From an uncultured Bacilli bacterium (GTDB taxonomy: Bacteria; Bacillota_I; Bacilli_A; RF39; UBA660), in the NCBI GenBank assembly GCA_944336815.1, contig CALVLG010000001.1:1-49683 (forward strand): a DNA stretch of 49,683 bases. Direction: 5' to 3'. Made by a program: the position numbers and the translations under genes. The notes under the pieces are model-generated. The model did no database searches. It had not been told where the DNA came from and saw only the letters and a program-made list of their open reading frames with translations. Below are positions 47,277-49,683 of this stretch, piece after piece. Position 1 is the first letter of the stretch. Each line of letters begins with the position of its first letter.

Positions 47277-49167
47277 ATTCATTATCAGGAAGGGAATCTT
47301 CTGGTTTTTCAGGGGTATTAGGTTCTTCTGGTTCGGGTGTTTCTTTATCTGGTTCTTCTGGTATTGGGTCAACAGGTTCTTCGGGCGTTTCTGGTTTTTC
47401 AGGGGTATTAGGTTTTTCAGTTGTTTGGTTATCGTCTTCTTCATCGTCATCATCAGGTGTTTCGGGAATAATTGGTTCTTCTGGTTCCGGATCTTTTGGC
47501 GGATTTGTAATAGTTGAATCAGGAACTTTGCCGCCGGAATATATACCTTTGCCAACAATATCACTGCTTTGTTCATAATCTACCGAATAATCATAGCTCA
47601 TAGTAGTTATTGTTTCTTTTTCTTTTAAACCAAGATTTTCTTCCATTGCTTCGACAATGGCATCTAAACTTCCTTTGTAATATCCTAAGCATGATAAACC
47701 GTATTGGTTATCAAAACTAAAGTATGATAGTTGAGTTTTTTGAATGTCAATAAATGAATCGCCACTTAAAGCTCTTGTAAGCATTCCTTTTAAAGATTGA
47801 TAGAAAGATAAGATTTGGCTAGTTTGCATGTTGGTGGCAATGTTGTTACTAATTGTTTTTAATAAATTTTCAAAATCGCTGAAAGAGGCAGTTTGAATTA
47901 TTTTTTTAGCTAAAGCTTCAATTATTTGTTGTTGATGACGATTTCTGGCAATATCACTTTCTAAATAACCATGTCTGTTTCTAGCATAAGCTAGAGCTTG
48001 TTTACCATCTAAGTGTTGATTGCCAGTGTTCATACAAACCATATTTACATAAGTTCGATCGGCACCACTTTCACAAAGACGTCCTTCGCCCCATTTGTTA
48101 ATATAGGCTTGGTAGTCAGGACTTTCAACATAAACATCAATTCCACCTACAGCATCGACTAAATCAATAACGCCTTGGAAATTTACTTTAACAAAATAAT
48201 CAATTGTTATACCGGTTAAGTTTTCAATCGTATTTACTGTACTAGCAGTGCCATATCCAGCGGATGAATTTATTTTATTTAAACCAATTGGTTTATTATT
48301 CCGATTATAAATTTGAACATATAAGTCTCTTGGTAAGCTAAACATTGTTGCCGTTAGGGTTTTAGGATTAAAAGTTACAAGTATTAGAGTATCACCATTA
48401 AATGCAGCATTGGCATCTAAGCCATCTTTGCTATCCGAGTCAACGCCCATAACTAAAACGGTAAATGGTTCAGTTAAACTTTTGGTACTTACTAAAAGTT
48501 CACTTTCTTCGGTCTTCATTTCTTTAGAGTATTCTTTAATAATTTTTGTTTCGGTACCAATATTAGCAAATTTTTCTTCACTACTATAAAGAGTTACATA
48601 GTCTTTATTTATGAAGACGGCATCTATTTCTTTATTATATAAAGCTTCTAGCATTTCATAGTTATTGCTATAGTATTCAATCGGGTTTTTGATGTTGTCT
48701 TTATTTATCCATTCCATTGGGAGGATATATCCGGTTCTATCTTCTTCATCAGTTAGCATACCAATGGTGCTTTCACTATTAAAAGTTGTATCTTTTAAAG
48801 TAACAATGGCTGTTGTATAAGTGCTTGTATCACTGGCTGTAAAAGATTCAATTACGTTATATACTTTATCTATATAATAGGAAGCAAAGCCAAATATACC
48901 AGCAAATAAAATAGTAAAAATAGTTAAAATGGTAAAACTAATTTTCTTTCTTTTGAACATAGTTACTAATCCTAAGATGGTATATAGTAAACCAAAGAGG
49001 GCCATGATTATCAAAACGATAGTTCTTATAACAGTTTCAATACCCGTAAGCGAAAGAACGCTTTTGCAAAAGAAACCATACGTAACCCAGTATAAAATAA
49101 TGGCAATAAAATAAAAAAACTTCATTACCCAGCTAGCTTTTTTTAATTTTGTGAAAAATACTTTCAT
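47275..49167 (-). CDS. LytR-CpsA-Psr (LCP) family cell-envelope phosphotransferase with Pro/Glu-rich C-terminal tail
   Basis: It has N-terminal TM helices. The LCP core is VLVMGVDSD...GDTLILVTFNPKT...MFSLPRDLYV...INSAGYG, followed by an R..RH.Y...D..R..RQQQ block. The last ~95 aa are low-complexity PE(K/T)P repeats. Confidence 0.85.
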   Translation of the reverse strand: MKVFFTKLKKASWVMKFFYFIAIILYWVTYGFFCKSVLSLTGIETVIRTIVLIIMALFGLLYTILGLVTMFKRKKISFTILTIFTILFAGIFGFASYYIDKVYNVIESFTASDTSTYTTAIVTLKDTTFNSESTIGMLTDEEDRTGYILPMEWINKDNIKNPIEYYSNNYEMLEALYNKEIDAVFINKDYVTLYSSEEKFANIGTETKIIKEYSKEMKTEESELLVSTKSLTEPFTVLVMGVDSDSKDGLDANAAFNGDTLILVTFNPKTLTATMFSLPRDLYVQIYNRNNKPIGLNKINSSAGYGTASTVNTIENLTGITIDYFVKVNFQGVIDLVDAVGGIDVYVESPDYQAYINKWGEGRLCESGADRTYVNMVCMNTGNQHLDGKQALAYARNRHGYLESDIARNRHQQQIIEALAKKIIQTASFSDFENLLKTISNNIATNMQTSQILSFYQSLKGMLTRALSGDSFIDIQKTQLSYFSFDNQYGLSCLGYYKGSLDAIVEAMEENLGLKEKETITTMSYDYSVDYEQSSDIVGKGIYSGGKVPDSTITNPPKDPEPEEPIIPETPDDDDEEDDNQTTEKPNTPEKPETPEEPVDPIPEEPDKETPEPEEPNTPEKPEDSLPDNE

Positions 49168-49315
49168 TTGTCAACCTCATCTTTCATTATTATGATTATA
49201 TAATAAATAAGTAAATTTCTCAATATTTGATAGTTTATTTACAAAATGAATTTTGGAAAACTTTTATTCTAATTAAGAAAATGGTATAATTGTGTCGATA
49301 TAAGGAGGCTAAAAA

Positions 49316-49683
49316 ATGAAAAATATCCGAAAAGCGATTTCTTTTGTAATGTCTCTTTGTACTCTTTTTTTAGCAGTAACGTGCTTTATTCCGATTGCTA
49401 AGGCGGCTGTTTCTGGTACAATTACGGGTAATGAAGTCCGTTTTCGAAGTGCGCCTAGTACAGCTGGGGAAAAATTAGCTGTTTTAAATAGTGGGGATAT
49501 TATTAGTGTAACTAATACAAACAAAGTTAGTGGTGCTGGCTGTTCTGATGGTTGGTATAGTGCTGATTATAATGGTAAAAGTGGTTATGTTTGTTCTACT
49601 TATGTTTTATTAGAAGGTGAAACTTCTAGTGCGTCTTATGAAAGACCCTGGACTAGTCCTAAAAAAGCAATAATAGGTGGGGC
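49316..49683 (+). CDS. Secreted SH3b-domain protein, 5' partial (probable cell-wall hydrolase)
   Basis: Not in the ORF track because it runs off the window. RBS is AGGAGG, with a TGgTATAAT extended -10 at 49282-49290. The signal peptide is MKNIRKAISFVMSLCTLFLAVTCFIPIAKA. An SH3b-like block follows (GNEVRFRSAPSTAGEKLAVLNSGDIISV...DGWYSADYNGKSGYVCSTYV). Confidence 0.7.
   Translation, partial: MKNIRKAISFVMSLCTLFLAVTCFIPIAKAAVSGTITGNEVRFRSAPSTAGEKLAVLNSGDIISVTNTNKVSGAGCSDGWYSADYNGKSGYVCSTYVLLEGETSSASYERPWTSPKKAIIGG

Noticed and set aside
47265-47576. 103-aa - strand ORF overlapping the 3' end of the LCP gene.
   Set aside because: It is an alternative frame through the low-complexity Pro/Glu repeat region. 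The LCP frame is continuous with a recognisable catalytic domain, so this one is an artefact.
49309-49524. 71-aa - strand ORF at the window end.
   Set aside because: It is antisense to a much better + strand gene that has an RBS, a signal peptide and an SH3b-like domain and runs off the window.

Overview
The window is very AT-rich, uses the standard code (TGA is a stop) and comes from the chromosome of a low-GC Firmicute. GerQ and Spo0A homologues indicate an endospore former, and the gene content looks Erysipelotrichia- or Clostridia-like. That taxonomic guess is inference only. Most of the window is core housekeeping:
- lemA, gerQ, yitT, and ftsE-ftsX followed by a coiled-coil M23 peptidase.
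- whiA, clpP and a TGS/uridine-kinase-like protein.
- A glycolytic cluster (gap, a small membrane protein, pgk, tpiA ... gpmI) interrupted by spo0A and a small accessory cassette.
- pcrA, two intervening genes, then ligA.
- An HExxH protein and trmB.
- A T-box-controlled lysS operon and a YfcC-type permease.
- A ClpC-like ATPase followed by Ku and a minimal LigD.
- The complete S10-spc-alpha ribosomal superoperon (rpsJ to rplQ, including secY, adk, map, infA and rpmJ, with no L30 gene).
- tsaB-rimI-tsaD, an LCP-family protein, and the 5' end of an SH3b-domain secreted protein.

Two things are not explained by the ORF track.
1. A ToxN/AbiQ-family toxin gene (12594..13103, - strand) is preceded on the same strand by 3.3 tandem 35-nt repeats (13169..13285). 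A hairpin/U-tract terminator lies between the repeats and the gene. This is the canonical architecture of a type III (RNA antitoxin) toxin-antitoxin / abortive-infection module. It sits between spo0A and gpmI.
2. Three tandem 33-nt repeats (22186..22284, + strand) lie directly upstream of a COG1373-type AAA+ ATPase (22328..23749). The ATPase carries a C-terminal DUF4143 / PD-(D/E)xK nuclease-like domain. The two repeat families share an identical 11-mer, AAAAAAGTGGT, at the start of the unit. This suggests a repeat-RNA plus ATPase-nuclease module, possibly cross-talking with the ToxN RNase. I consider it the best candidate for something undescribed, and it is entirely hypothesis.

No transposase, integrase, CRISPR array, tRNA or rRNA gene was seen.
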